This document shows, piece by piece, positions 1-11,060 of a DNA stretch of 62,931 nucleotides. Below the pieces are notes generated by a model. The model saw only the letters and a program-made list of their open reading frames with translations, searched no databases and had not been told where the DNA came from. Location: assembly GCA_002633005.1 (NCBI GenBank), contig NMRA01001050.1:1-62931 (forward strand), in the 5' to 3' direction. This stretch comes from Phoronis australis (taxonomy: Eukaryota > Animalia > Phoronida). Position 1 is the first letter of the stretch. Each line of letters begins with the position of its first letter. The translations under genes and the position numbers were made by a program.

Positions 1-1618
1 GCCTCATGAACAGTGCAGTCTCTGTGCCCACCTCTCCCTGCAACATGAGGTTCAGACTCTCTTCCCAGCTCACACTGCCAGATAAAGGCTCACATAACGT
101 CACAAATAGTTCAAACTCTCTGCACAATCACCTTGCCATATAAGGTTGATGTAACCTAATTTACGAATAGCTCTCAGACTCTCTGCCCAACTAACCTTGC
201 CATACAAGGTTCATGTGCAGCCGATTAGTCATGAGCACCCACAGAAAAAGGCAAATTAAACTTTCTAATTGCTTCAAAAACCTAAATACATTTTAATGAG
301 ACTGAGGAACAGTGAGTAAAGATATGCCTCAGTCAAATGGAAAATAACGTAGATTTAATGGATTTTAATAAAAACTTCATGCACAATCAATTGCGACCAT
401 AAATTAAATAAATTATTGCTGAACTTTTAAATTTTGTACTAACAGCTAGTCCTGTGCTTTCTGTAGAAACAAGTTTTGATTCATCCCACTTACTGTGCGG
501 TTATAAATTCAATTGCTTTTGTCTCGTTCCATGCTCAGTTAAGAGGTGGCAGGCACGGGAAGAACAAACAGTTCAGACTTGGCTCATACTACACAAACAA
601 CAAACTACAAGTTCTCTCCACTCACAGAAATCACACCTAACTTGACAGAAACAATTTGGGGCAAATTTTATAATCATGGTATTACTAAGTGACCTAAACG
701 AAAGCGTGTTTTTTTTTGACAGAAAGCATGGCTTCAATTATGTTGCTTTAAAATTGCTGGCTTTTATCACCTTGACAGCTTTCAGTCGTTCTAAGTTGGC
801 ACCATAACTTTTGTAGAAGCATTGTTCACATGTCGTCAATCTGACTTCTGAAAACAAAGAAAACACTGTCAAGAAAACAATGCCAAGCTGGCAGAAACAT
901 GCATTCAGTAGTTTTGCTCACGATTTTTCCAAATGAACTCCATAAAAAACTATGCATCTCAGACATGTCTGCATGCGGTATATGTGTAGTGACATTGAGA
1001 TACGCCTGCACCCAGTGTATGTGGGGTGACAGGAAGATTTGTGTACACATAGTGTATGTGGGGTGACATGGAGATGTGTCCACATGCAGTGCATGTGGGG
1101 TGACAGTGAAGAAATAAGAACTGTTAAAAGTAGCTAGTATAAACCCACATTGCGTCCAAAATTGCTCACAACTTGATCCTTAATAAGATGAGAGATGATT
1201 TTTGTTACTGACTGAGACAATGCTTGGCACATAAAATGACCTGCTAACTGGAAGAACAGTATCTAAAGCAATAATGAACCTCAGTTTCTTTTAAGAATCA
1301 AAATTCTTCTCAAGGCCTGAAATGACCTCCAGTTCGACCTTGGAATAATCTGAGACCTAATTCGTAGTCAAGTGATCTGAACCAAGTCATTTTTTGTGAT
1401 GTAAGGTGGGTTTATAGCCACTATAATATATCATAATGACAAGGAAAAAACCAATGCCCGATCTAAAAAAAGTGGGTCTAAACTGACCACAAACTTATCA
1501 CTTGCCTATTTGCTGTCCAATCTAGTCAAAGCCATAAGTGGTTTTGTCATGGATTTCAGACATCGATATTGCTAACTTTTAAGAACCCTGGATTTTCAAA
1601 ACTTCAGGCTGAATGATG

Positions 1619-1818
1619 TAAGCATACCTGCATCAGGTAACTCGCGAATGTTAAGCAAACCTGCGTCAGGTAACTCACGGATATTAAGCAAACCTGCGTC
1701 AGGTAACTCGCGAATATTAAGCATACCTGCGTCAGGTAACTCACGAATATTAAGCATACCTGCGTCAGGCAACTCGCGAATATTAAGCATACCTGCGTCA
1801 GGTAACTCGCGAATATTA
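1619..1818. repeat. 33-bp tandem repeat (~6 copies) spanning a NUB1 exon-intron donor
   Basis: Unit aatattaagcatacctgcgtcaggtaactcgcg; on the minus strand it reads NIRELPDAG|gtatgc. Confidence 0.93.
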
Positions 1819-4800
1819 CGCATGCACAGGTAACACCAAACTATGTCCAGACACAACACAGCGTAATTATCCACACAGTTTAGGATGTCGGCACGACATT
1901 TCTTGAACTCTTCGTCTGCCTCCAGCAGATAGAGCAGGCCTTCAGAATACTGCTGTTGCTTCAGCACAGACTTGCCTTTCTCATGCAAGGTCATGGCCAA
2001 GGCCAGAGCCTAGGGTCAGCAATGAAAAGAACAAATAACAATTATAACTATGGAAACAATTATCAAGAGGAGCAATGTTACACTGATTGCTTTTCCATGT
2101 TCTTCTCGTCTAATAACATGCAAGATATGACTCAAACCTTGAGCAAAAAAAGACAAGTGTAAGTGTTTTCACATCAATTTTTCCATCAAACTGAAGGTTG
2201 TATCGTAATTTGCTTTTTCAAAATCATCCATTATCGACCCAAATTCTTTTCCAAAATACAGTGACTATAGCTTTCGGTTATAAAATGAATTCTGTAAATT
2301 ATTAATAATAAATGAATAATCCATTACATTTCAACATGTTTCATGATTCAGTCTTTACACTCTTTTTTCGTGTCTTATTTTTGAGAGGGGTTGGTGTGGC
2401 CTGGTTGATAAGTGCCCGCTTTCTTTACTCGAGGTCGTGGGTTCGAGTCCCACCAGGTCACACTGCTAAACACTTGAGCCAGGTGTCTAGCTCCTCAGCT
2501 CAGTTTTAACCATATATTAATAAAGCAGAAAAATATTTCCAAGTGATCAATGCAATTGGCCCACATGCGAGGCCTGCACACATGTATCAGACGGTCTGCA
2601 ATTGTTTTTTTGTTTTAATTGAAAGTTTTTTCCAAAATACAGTATAGCTCTCAGTTATAAAATGTATTCTGTAAGTTATTAATAATAATGGATAATCATT
2701 ACATTTCAACATGTTTCATGATTCAGTCTTTACACTCTTTTTTCATGTCTTATCTCTTTCACATCACAAAAGAAACAAGAGCAACACGGAGCGCTGAAAT
2801 GCGCCCATGAATGCACCGCTAACAGTGTGCTTCCTGGGGTGTTTATTTGGAACATAAAAATGGCAACTAGATGGCGCAAAATATGTCGAATCCATCAGAG
2901 AACTTGTATGTGTCATCAAAGCTATTTACCAAACTTCATAAAAATCTACCAAGGAACTTCTGAGAAAACAGAGGAAAACAAAAAATGAAGTTGCCACAAA
3001 GAGGCTATAAGCACAAAAAAATAACTGCCACTAAGAGGCGTCAAAGTTGATAAAGTTGTCAGAAAATCAGCGTCAGAATTTCTCTTCACATTAGGAATAT
3101 AAATGCCAATGTCCACAACCATCCTTAGAGTGGTTTGGTTGACAGAGGGGAAGATGCCAAATAACAAGACTCGAATACAGTGAAAATGGCCACAAGGTGG
3201 CACAAGTTGCCTCGAAATTTACTGAAAACCGGATGATAGCGTCACCTCACTAACAGATGCTTAACTGCCAAATTTTATGACAATCCATTGACGACCATTT
3301 AAGATACAGACTGAGGTAAACGTACACAAAATAATAAAATTGCCACTAGGGGGCATACCGGTAGCCTGATCTGTCCGAAAGACCTCATCTTCTGTTGTCA
3401 ACTTCATATAAATACACCAGAAAATTCAATAAAGATCCTGTGAATCATTTAGGAGATACAGCCATGGGCGCAAAAAACAAACAAGAATGCCACTAGGAGG
3501 TGCCATAGTAGTCCAAGTCATCGGAAAATCATCGTCAGCCGCCCTCTTCACAGAAAGAATATATGCCAATTTTCAAAATCATTCCTAAAGCGGTTTGGTT
3601 GATAGAACGGCGGACGCCAAAAACCAGACTCGAAAACAGTAAAAAATGGCCACTAGGTGGCACAAAGTACCCCGAATCCGTCCCAAAACGAGAGGATGGA
3701 ATCATCACACTAACAGATTTTGACTGCCAAATTTTATGAAAATCCGTAGAGGATCTCCAAATCTACAGACTGATAAGCGTAAAAAAATTAAAATTGTCAC
3801 TAGGGGGAACACCAGTAGTCGGAGAGGTCCGAAATTCGTTGTCATCCTTCGTCAGCTTCATGGAAACACATTCTGCCAAATCTCATTAAGATCCTGTGAG
3901 GGCTTAAGGAGATGAAGCCGTGGGTGCAAAAAGAAATAAAACTGCCACTGGAAGGCACCACAGTTGTTGAAGTCGTCGGAAAATCGTCAGTCGCCCACTT
4001 CACAGTAAGAACATATATGCCAACTTTCAAAATCATCCCTATAACAGTTTGGTTGATAGAATGGCAGACGCCTAACTACAAATTTTAAGAAAATCCGTTG
4101 AGGACCTCCAAAGAAACAGAAGTAAGCTTAAAAAACTAAATTGCCACTAGGGGCACACCGGTAGCTGGGGAGGTCCGAAATTCGTTTTCGTCCGTCGTCA
4201 GCTTCATACAAACACATCTGCCAAATCTCATCAAGATCCTGTGAGGGTTTTAGGAGATACAGCTGCGGACGCCGCACACTCGGACGCCCAAACAGAGATG
4301 ACGGCAATATGGGATCAAATATAAACATGTAGGCGCATAAAAATGAAAGAAAACATGGTGGACCAGGTTCTACCAAAAACCTACCTTACTTTCTTCAGCT
4401 GGTAACTTTAGGGGCCTGCCAGTCTGGTCAGCTATTTGCACCTCATACTTCTTGTCTGGATCATTGTCTGAATCATAGCAAGCATTAGTTAAAAGGATTA
4501 CAAACCTAGTTCTGGCCAATTAACAGAATACTAAACACGACTTTCCTAATCCGGTTCAATCTCTGAAACAAAATAATGCTCTCATGACTGTAACCCTCGA
4601 CAACACTCAAGCGTTTTGAGGAAAATTTGAAAACTCCTTTTGAAGTCTTTTAAATGAGCAAGCGTTACCTAGTACACTTTCAGTGAAATACATGGCAACT
4701 ATGGGAAAAGACCACACACCAAGGACCATAATGTCCAATTTGTGAGATAGGGGGTATGAGTTTTTAGTTTAGTTGATTCCTGCTTGTATCTATTTTCAAG

Positions 4801-7800
4801 ATTGACACAACTTAGGGGATTTTATCTATGGTGCTCCTTTTGTTTTTCAAATGCATTATGGGATAGCTGTCAACTCACAAACATCCAATGACATTACAGA
4901 ACAATGACTTGTGAACAATGACAACAAACAGCATTTGTTACCAAAATTGGAAGCACGGGTCCACTGCAACATATTTTTGCCATGAGTAAGACTAAACCAT
5001 ATCATGTAAATATAAAAAAAATTGAAGTGAGTGTTACAAATGCACCGAATAAATAGACTGTCTGCTTGATGCCACAATGAGCCAGTAAAGAGCCTGGTGA
5101 TAAACCTGTGACCGGTCTTTCGATCTGTGTCAATTCGTTCTGCATAACAGACTGTATGTCCAAGCAGCTACTATAATTTTGTTACATAAAGACCCTGTTA
5201 TGCAAAACTCGTAGTGTCTGGAATTTGACAAGTATCAACTTATAGATAAAATCTAAAACCACCAGACAGTGTCCCAATTTTCAAAATGAGGAAAATTAAA
5301 CGCAGTTTCGTATTTCAGACTTCAATTCGTTACATTAAGTGATGATGCCAACACAGGTGGCATGCAAACCACACTTAAAAATGTTTGAAAATGGCAGTTT
5401 TCAATGAGCTACAAACTCACCGTCAATACTTTCTGACAACAGCTGAGCTGCTTCTTTAGTCTTAGCTAACTTGGAGAAATACTCAGACTCTCGACTTGCA
5501 GCTTCTGTTGTGCCCACAGCCATGACTGTCGCGTTGTTCTAGAAAAGACAAGTTAAATCTTCATCAGTTGCTAATCACAATAACTCGCATGAACAAGAAC
5601 TATTCCTCAAGCTGACTTCGGACTGTGGCAGATGCATGGCCAGTGTATCATAATGCATGGCCAGTGCATCAGAATGCACGGCCAGTGTATCATAATGCAT
5701 GGCCACTGTATCATAATGCATGGCCAGTGTATCAGAATGCATGGCCACTGTATCATAATGCATGGCCAGTGTATCATAATGCATGGCCANNNNNNNNNNN
5801 NNNNNNNNNNNNNNNNNNNNNNNNNNNNNNNNNNNNNNNNNNNNNNNNNNNNNNNNNNNNNNNNNNNNNNNNNNNNNNNNNNNNNNNNNNNNNNNNNNNN
5901 NNNNNNNNNNNNNNNNNNNNNNNNNNNNNNNNNNNNNNNNNNNNNNNNNNNNNNNNNNNNNNNNNNNNNNNNNNNNNNNNNNNNNNNNNNNNNNNNNNNN
6001 NNNNNNNNNNNNNNNNNNNNNNNNNNNNNNNNNNNNNNNNNNNNNNNNNNNNNNNNNNNNNNNNNNNNNNNNNNNNNNNNNNNNNNNNNNNNNNNNNNNN
6101 NNNNNNNNTGCATGGCCAGTGTATCATAATGCATGGCCACTGTATCAGAATGCATGGCCAGTGTATCATAATGCATGGCCAGTGTATCATAATGCATGGC
6201 CACTGTATCATAATGCATGGCCACTGTATCATAATGCATGGCCACTGTATCAGAATGCATGGCCAGTGTATCGTAATGCATGGCCAGTGTATCGTAATGC
6301 ATGGCCACTGTATCGTAATACATTGCCAGTGTATCATAATGCATGGCCACTGTATCATAATGCATGGCCACTGTATCATAATGCATGGCCACTCTATCAG
6401 AATACATGGCCACTGTATCAGAATGCATGGCCACTGTATCAGAATGCATGACCAGTGTATCATAATGCACGGTCACTGTATCAGAATGCACGGCCGCTGT
6501 ATCAGAATGCATGGCCGCTGTATCATTTTGCATGGCCACTGTATCATAATGCATGGCCAGTGTATTATAATGCATGCATGGCCAGTGTATCACTTTGGCA
6601 TATGTCAGAATTACCAAAATTACACGACAAAAATCTACTATTGCCCACCTTCACATTTTGCTCTACCAAAGCTTTATTATCCTGAATAATGCGTCCACAG
6701 CAGATCAACTTCAACAGCTCTGCTGTAGTATGGCATTTCTCAGCCACCCTGTGTTTAAGATTCAGTCCAGTGGAGTCGAGAGGGATCTCAACAGTGAATG
6801 ATTTAGGTCCGCCCTGCAACATACAACAAACATCAAATTCAAGCACACACTAAACTATTAGCAACAAGGTACCTTACAGCAAAAATCTTCAGCGAGTTTT
6901 TGTTACTAGTATTAAAAAAATTGACCACGTTACTTCCTATGGCTGTGTAATGAAAGGCTTGTGGTGATACTGGCAGTGGTGAAGAGGTCTATGTTTAGGA
7001 AGTGATGACAATTCACGATATGGTGGCAACAGAAAAGATGACAAAAGTGATGATGATGATGATGATGATGAAAATGATGATGATGAAGATGATAATGATT
7101 ATGATGAAGATGATCATGATAATGAAGACAATGGTAATGATGATAATGGCGATTAAGATGATGAAGATGAAGATGATGAAGATGACGAAGAAGATGATGA
7201 TGATGACGATGTAGATGATTACGACGAAGATGAAGATGATGATGAAGATGATGATGAAGATGATGATGAAGATGAAGATGATAATGACAATGATGATGAT
7301 GATGACAAAGATGATGGCTGCGAGGACGATGACACTTCTAAAGATAGTTAGTCCCTGGTAGTCCTATCTGCAGTCCTATCAGACATAACTAACTAAATTA
7401 TAATAATTATAATTACAACTACACCAGAGCATTGTTCACAGACTGACCTGTTTGACTACTAAGCCCGCCATTCTCACTTTCACCGTGGCAACACCTGACT
7501 TCTGGAATCTCTTCCGTGCCGACAGTTTGTCCACAGCATGCTGCCTCAGTCTCTCCAGTATCTGCTCAACCTGACCACTGTCCAGACCCAACTGGCTAGA
7601 GTACTGGTCAATCAGAGCCTGTGAAAGAGACCTCGGTACACATAACGTGTCAATAGAAAGTGGTGTGGTGATAAGTTGAATATTTCTATTTCACATTTGA
7701 AAAACAAAATCTTGGTACACATGGCATCCAATAACTAGTTTGTAAATATTATGATGACAACTTAATTGGATTTGAAGATTCCATAATATCAATGAACGAG

Positions 7801-9183
7801 TAAATAAAATATATAAGAAGGAATCTGGCCATTGGATTTGAAGATTCCATAATATCAATGAACTAGTAAATAAAATATATAAGCAGGAATCTGGCCATAG
7901 GATTTACAGACACGGCCTGTAATGATTGTGGCAACAGATTTGAACAAAAGCACAACAGATAAAGTATTCACAAGACTGGTCACTTAATTTTTAATAACGC
8001 TCAGTTCAATTGAAAGCCACACATCATTCAAAATGTAGTGGGGACATTGTATATTCAAGTGAAATTGTCACATATTAACACAATGATAGTTTTGGGAATC
8101 AACATAGCAAGAACTAAGGTTGAAACTTCAAGTCGTAAAGATACGAATGTCATAACACATAAACACTGATGAGAGATAGCGACACTGTTTTCAGAAGCAT
8201 AGATTTCCATTTTAGAAACATAAAACTCCATTTTTCCCTTTTTGTATATTTAAGCAAAATTCTGTTTTACTCTTTTTAAGTGGTAAATTACATGAAAACC
8301 TTTTCTGATGAATTATGCAACAGCACTCCTTTAAAGATAACTGCCTGCCATGTTCATTGTTTCTCAAAATTGGAAATAGATGAGCGGCACTTTCAGTAAT
8401 AGCACAGCACCCCTTCAGTAAGAATGAGCAACTATTTGAGCATGACCGCTACAAAATGAAAAATGATCGATTTATGGCCAAAACTGCTGAATTCGATAAA
8501 CAATTATTATTATTATTGACACTCATCTGTGAATTATGTTTTCCACTCTCCCAGAAAACCAGGGTCTTTGCAGTTGCCAACCTGGGCCAGTTAATACAAG
8601 AAGGCAGGTCAGATTTGGAAATAAATCAATCTAGCATCTAACTAACGGGAGAATTGTTACAGCTGAGTTTCCATCAGGTACCAGGGCCAAATCTTAGTAC
8701 TTGAAAATATATTTTCAAATTTTTAGTCTTGTTTTTGTGCAAACTCAAGATAAGTGTCTAATATTGTGTGCTCGAGTATATTGCGGTTTACACAGACGAG
8801 AATCAATAATTCAAGTTCGCACTCGTTCTAAGTAAAAACTTAAACATTCAATTTCAGACTCATTCACGATTAATCGTACTAGTGTCATCAAGTGCAAACT
8901 AGTCAGTCGTCCACATCAACCATAGTATACTCAAGCACAGCTTCAATTTTCAGGATAGGCCCTTGTTAGGACCAGGAGTCTTTGATCATTTGCACACCAT
9001 AAACACACAGTCAAGTCATAATCAGCATACTTTGTGGGTGCATACCTGTGGTTTCTCTCCTTTCAATCCTTCCTCAGTAGTATACGGTGGGAACCAGAGC
9101 TGCACCTTGTCCCGAGTCAAGTGTGAACGGATGATATTTTCAAGTTCATCTTGCTGACAAATGTTACTGTCCGAGTTATCCAT
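1793..9183 (-). CDS. NUB1: NEDD8 ultimate buster 1, 3'-partial (6 coding exons in window; gene continues beyond the left edge)
   Basis: Exons 9183-9046, 7618-7448, 6813-6649, 5538-5421, 4467-4385 and 2009-1793, all GT-AG with consistent phases. Translation MDNSDSNICQQDELENIIRSHLTRDKVQLWFPPYT...KSGVATVKV...UBL-like (LKLICCGRIIQDNKALVEQNVK)...IADQTGRPLKLP...AMTLHEKGK...VDNYAVLCLDIVWCY matches recalled NUB1 motifs (IQLWKPPYT, IANQTGR, AMGYHEKG, VDNYAVLQLDIVWCY). UBA domains are not in the window. Confidence 0.95.
2379..2627 (+). mobile_element. tRNA-derived SINE-like insert between ~130-bp direct repeats
   Basis: A-box-like gtggcctggttg and B-box ggttcgagtcc at 2440-2450. Flanks 2247-2378 and 2628-2753 are near-identical. 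Confidence 0.6.
2774..4343 (-). mobile_element. Non-autonomous Helentron-associated element (HINE/DINE-1-like) with ~150-bp core repeats
   Basis: On the minus strand: 5' end ttttatgcgcctacat, short cgtcc stretch, ~150-bp degenerate core repeats (higher-order period ~460 bp), 3' sub-terminal inverted repeat tgggcgcat, a short hairpin and a cttgtt end. The same 5' end occurs at 34538. Confidence 0.75.
4489..4805 (-). mobile_element. Copy of the TTAA-flanked element family (see 46749)
   Basis: Reverse-complement similarity to 46749-47106 (gtaaccctcgacaac, ttgtgagatagggg, ttttagttgattcctgctt); begins ttaaaaggat. Confidence 0.65.
5632..6590. repeat. 21-bp minisatellite in a NUB1 intron, interrupted by N gap 5790-6108
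   Basis: Unit tgcatggcca(c/g)tgtatcataa on both sides of the gap. Confidence 0.95.
7003..7332. repeat. Imperfect (GAT)n microsatellite
   Basis: Runs of gatgatgaagatgat in a NUB1 intron. Confidence 0.92.
7765..7896. repeat. 66-bp tandem duplication
   Basis: attggatttgaagattcc...ggaatctggcc present twice. Confidence 0.9.
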
Positions 9184-10082
9184 CTTTCTCAATCTATGGT
9201 ATCACCCTGCAACTATGTAGCAATACTTTTGTCAATTAAGAGTAAAAATTGCAGAATTGGTTCTGGTCTGGGATTTTTGAAGAACATTTTCTGTACTTTT
9301 AAAGAGAAAGACGCCTAATGCCAGCTGAAATGTGTATAATCCTCACCTGATGTTAGCTTAGGTTTGAGATTTTCCATTTTTACCAAGATGTCAGCTTTGA
9401 TCGTTCACAGAATAAGAAAACATGACTGTTCACAATATTCTGACACAGTCCATGTACACTGAATTAAGTAACTTTCAGATAAAAACAGAACTCCATCAGG
9501 GCTTGGGGTTCAATCTCTGTGCTCAAAACTCAACTTGATAATTGACCAATTGCATCGCACACTTTCAGTAAACCTACAATTGGTTCTTAGATATACCAGC
9601 ATTAGTTCGGTTTATTTCAAGTCCGAGTTTGGAGATTAGACCCCGGACCTGGGGCTCTAGGCCAGCAGAGGCTACCAAGATGATTTGAGGACTCCAGAAG
9701 GCAAATCGTCCATCTGCCAATTTTCACATATAAACGTCCATCCAATGACCTTAACTTTGCAGCCAAATATCAGCCCCATTCCCATAAGAAAAAATATTTA
9801 AACATCATGCGATGAGGGGTAGTAATGGTCGTGCTGTCTTGGGGGAGGGGGACCAAATGTAGAGACACCTTTCCCTTAGGCAATTGCATCGACTCTCAAT
9901 GGCATAGACATAGACTTAAATGTTAGACCGAACAGCAAATAACAAAAACTACTAGGCTGATGAATCAGCTACTTTTCAAAATTTTCGGACTTCCCCGACC
10001 GGACACTGACTCCCTCAGGGTGCCTCAGCCAGCCGTAAGGGGTAAGCTAGAGGCTAGACAATGACCTTCATTTCTATTGGCC

Positions 10083-10462
10083 TCAGAGATGGTAAAGCTC
10101 CTAGAGGCGCCTCATACGGCATGAGATTTTCGGCGAATTATGCCTCACACTGATTAAAACATCAAAGGACACCTTAGGAGGCCATCAATGTCTTTAACAT
10201 ATGACATCACCATACATCCTGGCGTGCACTGTTAAAATGGCCAGTTGCCAATTTTCATTCAGTCCTCCATTCAGTTGTAGATTAAGGCAACTGAACGAAG
10301 GAGTATTTGAAGGAATTAAAGACTTGGACAACCCCGGCCTAAGATGTCCCTCTATGTACAAAAGGTACTTATAACAACATGGCTTTGATGCTTTAATCAG
10401 TGGGAGGCATAACTCGCTGAGAAGCGTCCGGTATATGAATGATTATGAGCTCCACCGTCTTG
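10083..10462. mobile_element. MITE-like element with long imperfect TIRs; related sequence at ~61410-61655
   Basis: ttttcggcgaattatgcctcacactgattaaaacatcaaag (~10128) is inverted as ctttgatgctttaatcagtgggaggcataactcgctgagaa (~10383). The same motif occurs at ~61433. Confidence 0.6.
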
Positions 10463-10599
10463 ACGCCGGTCAGACACTACCACACTAAACAGGAGAGAAA
10501 GGCAGACAGACGCCTATGGTGCCTTCTTATCACGCACCCTCAAATAGGCCAGGATATCTGCACCACTAACAGTTAATACACATCTCAAACTCAACATTC

Positions 10600-11060
10600 T
10601 TACATGAATTATTCAAAATCACTCAAAAGTGCTTAGTCAGTCAGTCCAATGTTTTGAAAGTACTCCAAAACCGGAACTTGTCGTCTGGTCTGGGAAGATA
10701 TAAAAGTAATTTATGTAGTAATTAAAAAATGTAGTAAAGCTTTATATTTATTTACGTTTAAGTAACACATTAGTACATAGAATCTAGTAAAGTTACAAAA
10801 TGAAGATGTTACAAATAATAACATTTTAAATGTTTACAACAGAATTTCTAATAATTTTTAAAACAAAATTAGACGTTTCTGCGTCTTAATTCAAACCCCC
10901 ACAGACGGCGGTAGTTTATGGGACCCAAGTTTTGTTGTCGGGGATTTTCTTGGAATACTGTGGCTCGAATAACACTAATATCCTGAGTCCGCACATTCAT
11001 GTCGCTGTTAAGTTTCTTTAATCCGACTACTTGAGTGTATCAAGAAAACGATGCAACAGT
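10600..11060. promoter_or_regulatory. Putative bidirectional promoter shared by NUB1 and YTHDC2
   Basis: The genes are divergent. The NUB1 start exon has an acceptor at 9207-9209, so an upstream non-coding exon is needed; a candidate minus-strand donor (cat|gtaaga) lies at 10603. The candidate YTHDC2 exon 1 donor gtaagt is at 11059. TSS positions are inferred. Confidence 0.5.

Noticed and set aside
2388-2460. tRNA gene (also 55338-55400)
   Set aside because: A/B-box-like motifs are present but I could not build a convincing cloverleaf; treated as SINE- or TE-derived.
5575-6689. Long His/Met/Cys-rich ORFs on both strands
   Set aside because: They are translations of a 21-bp intronic minisatellite and an N gap.
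7002-7214. Poly-Met or poly-Asp ORF
   Set aside because: It is a (GAT)n microsatellite inside a NUB1 intron.
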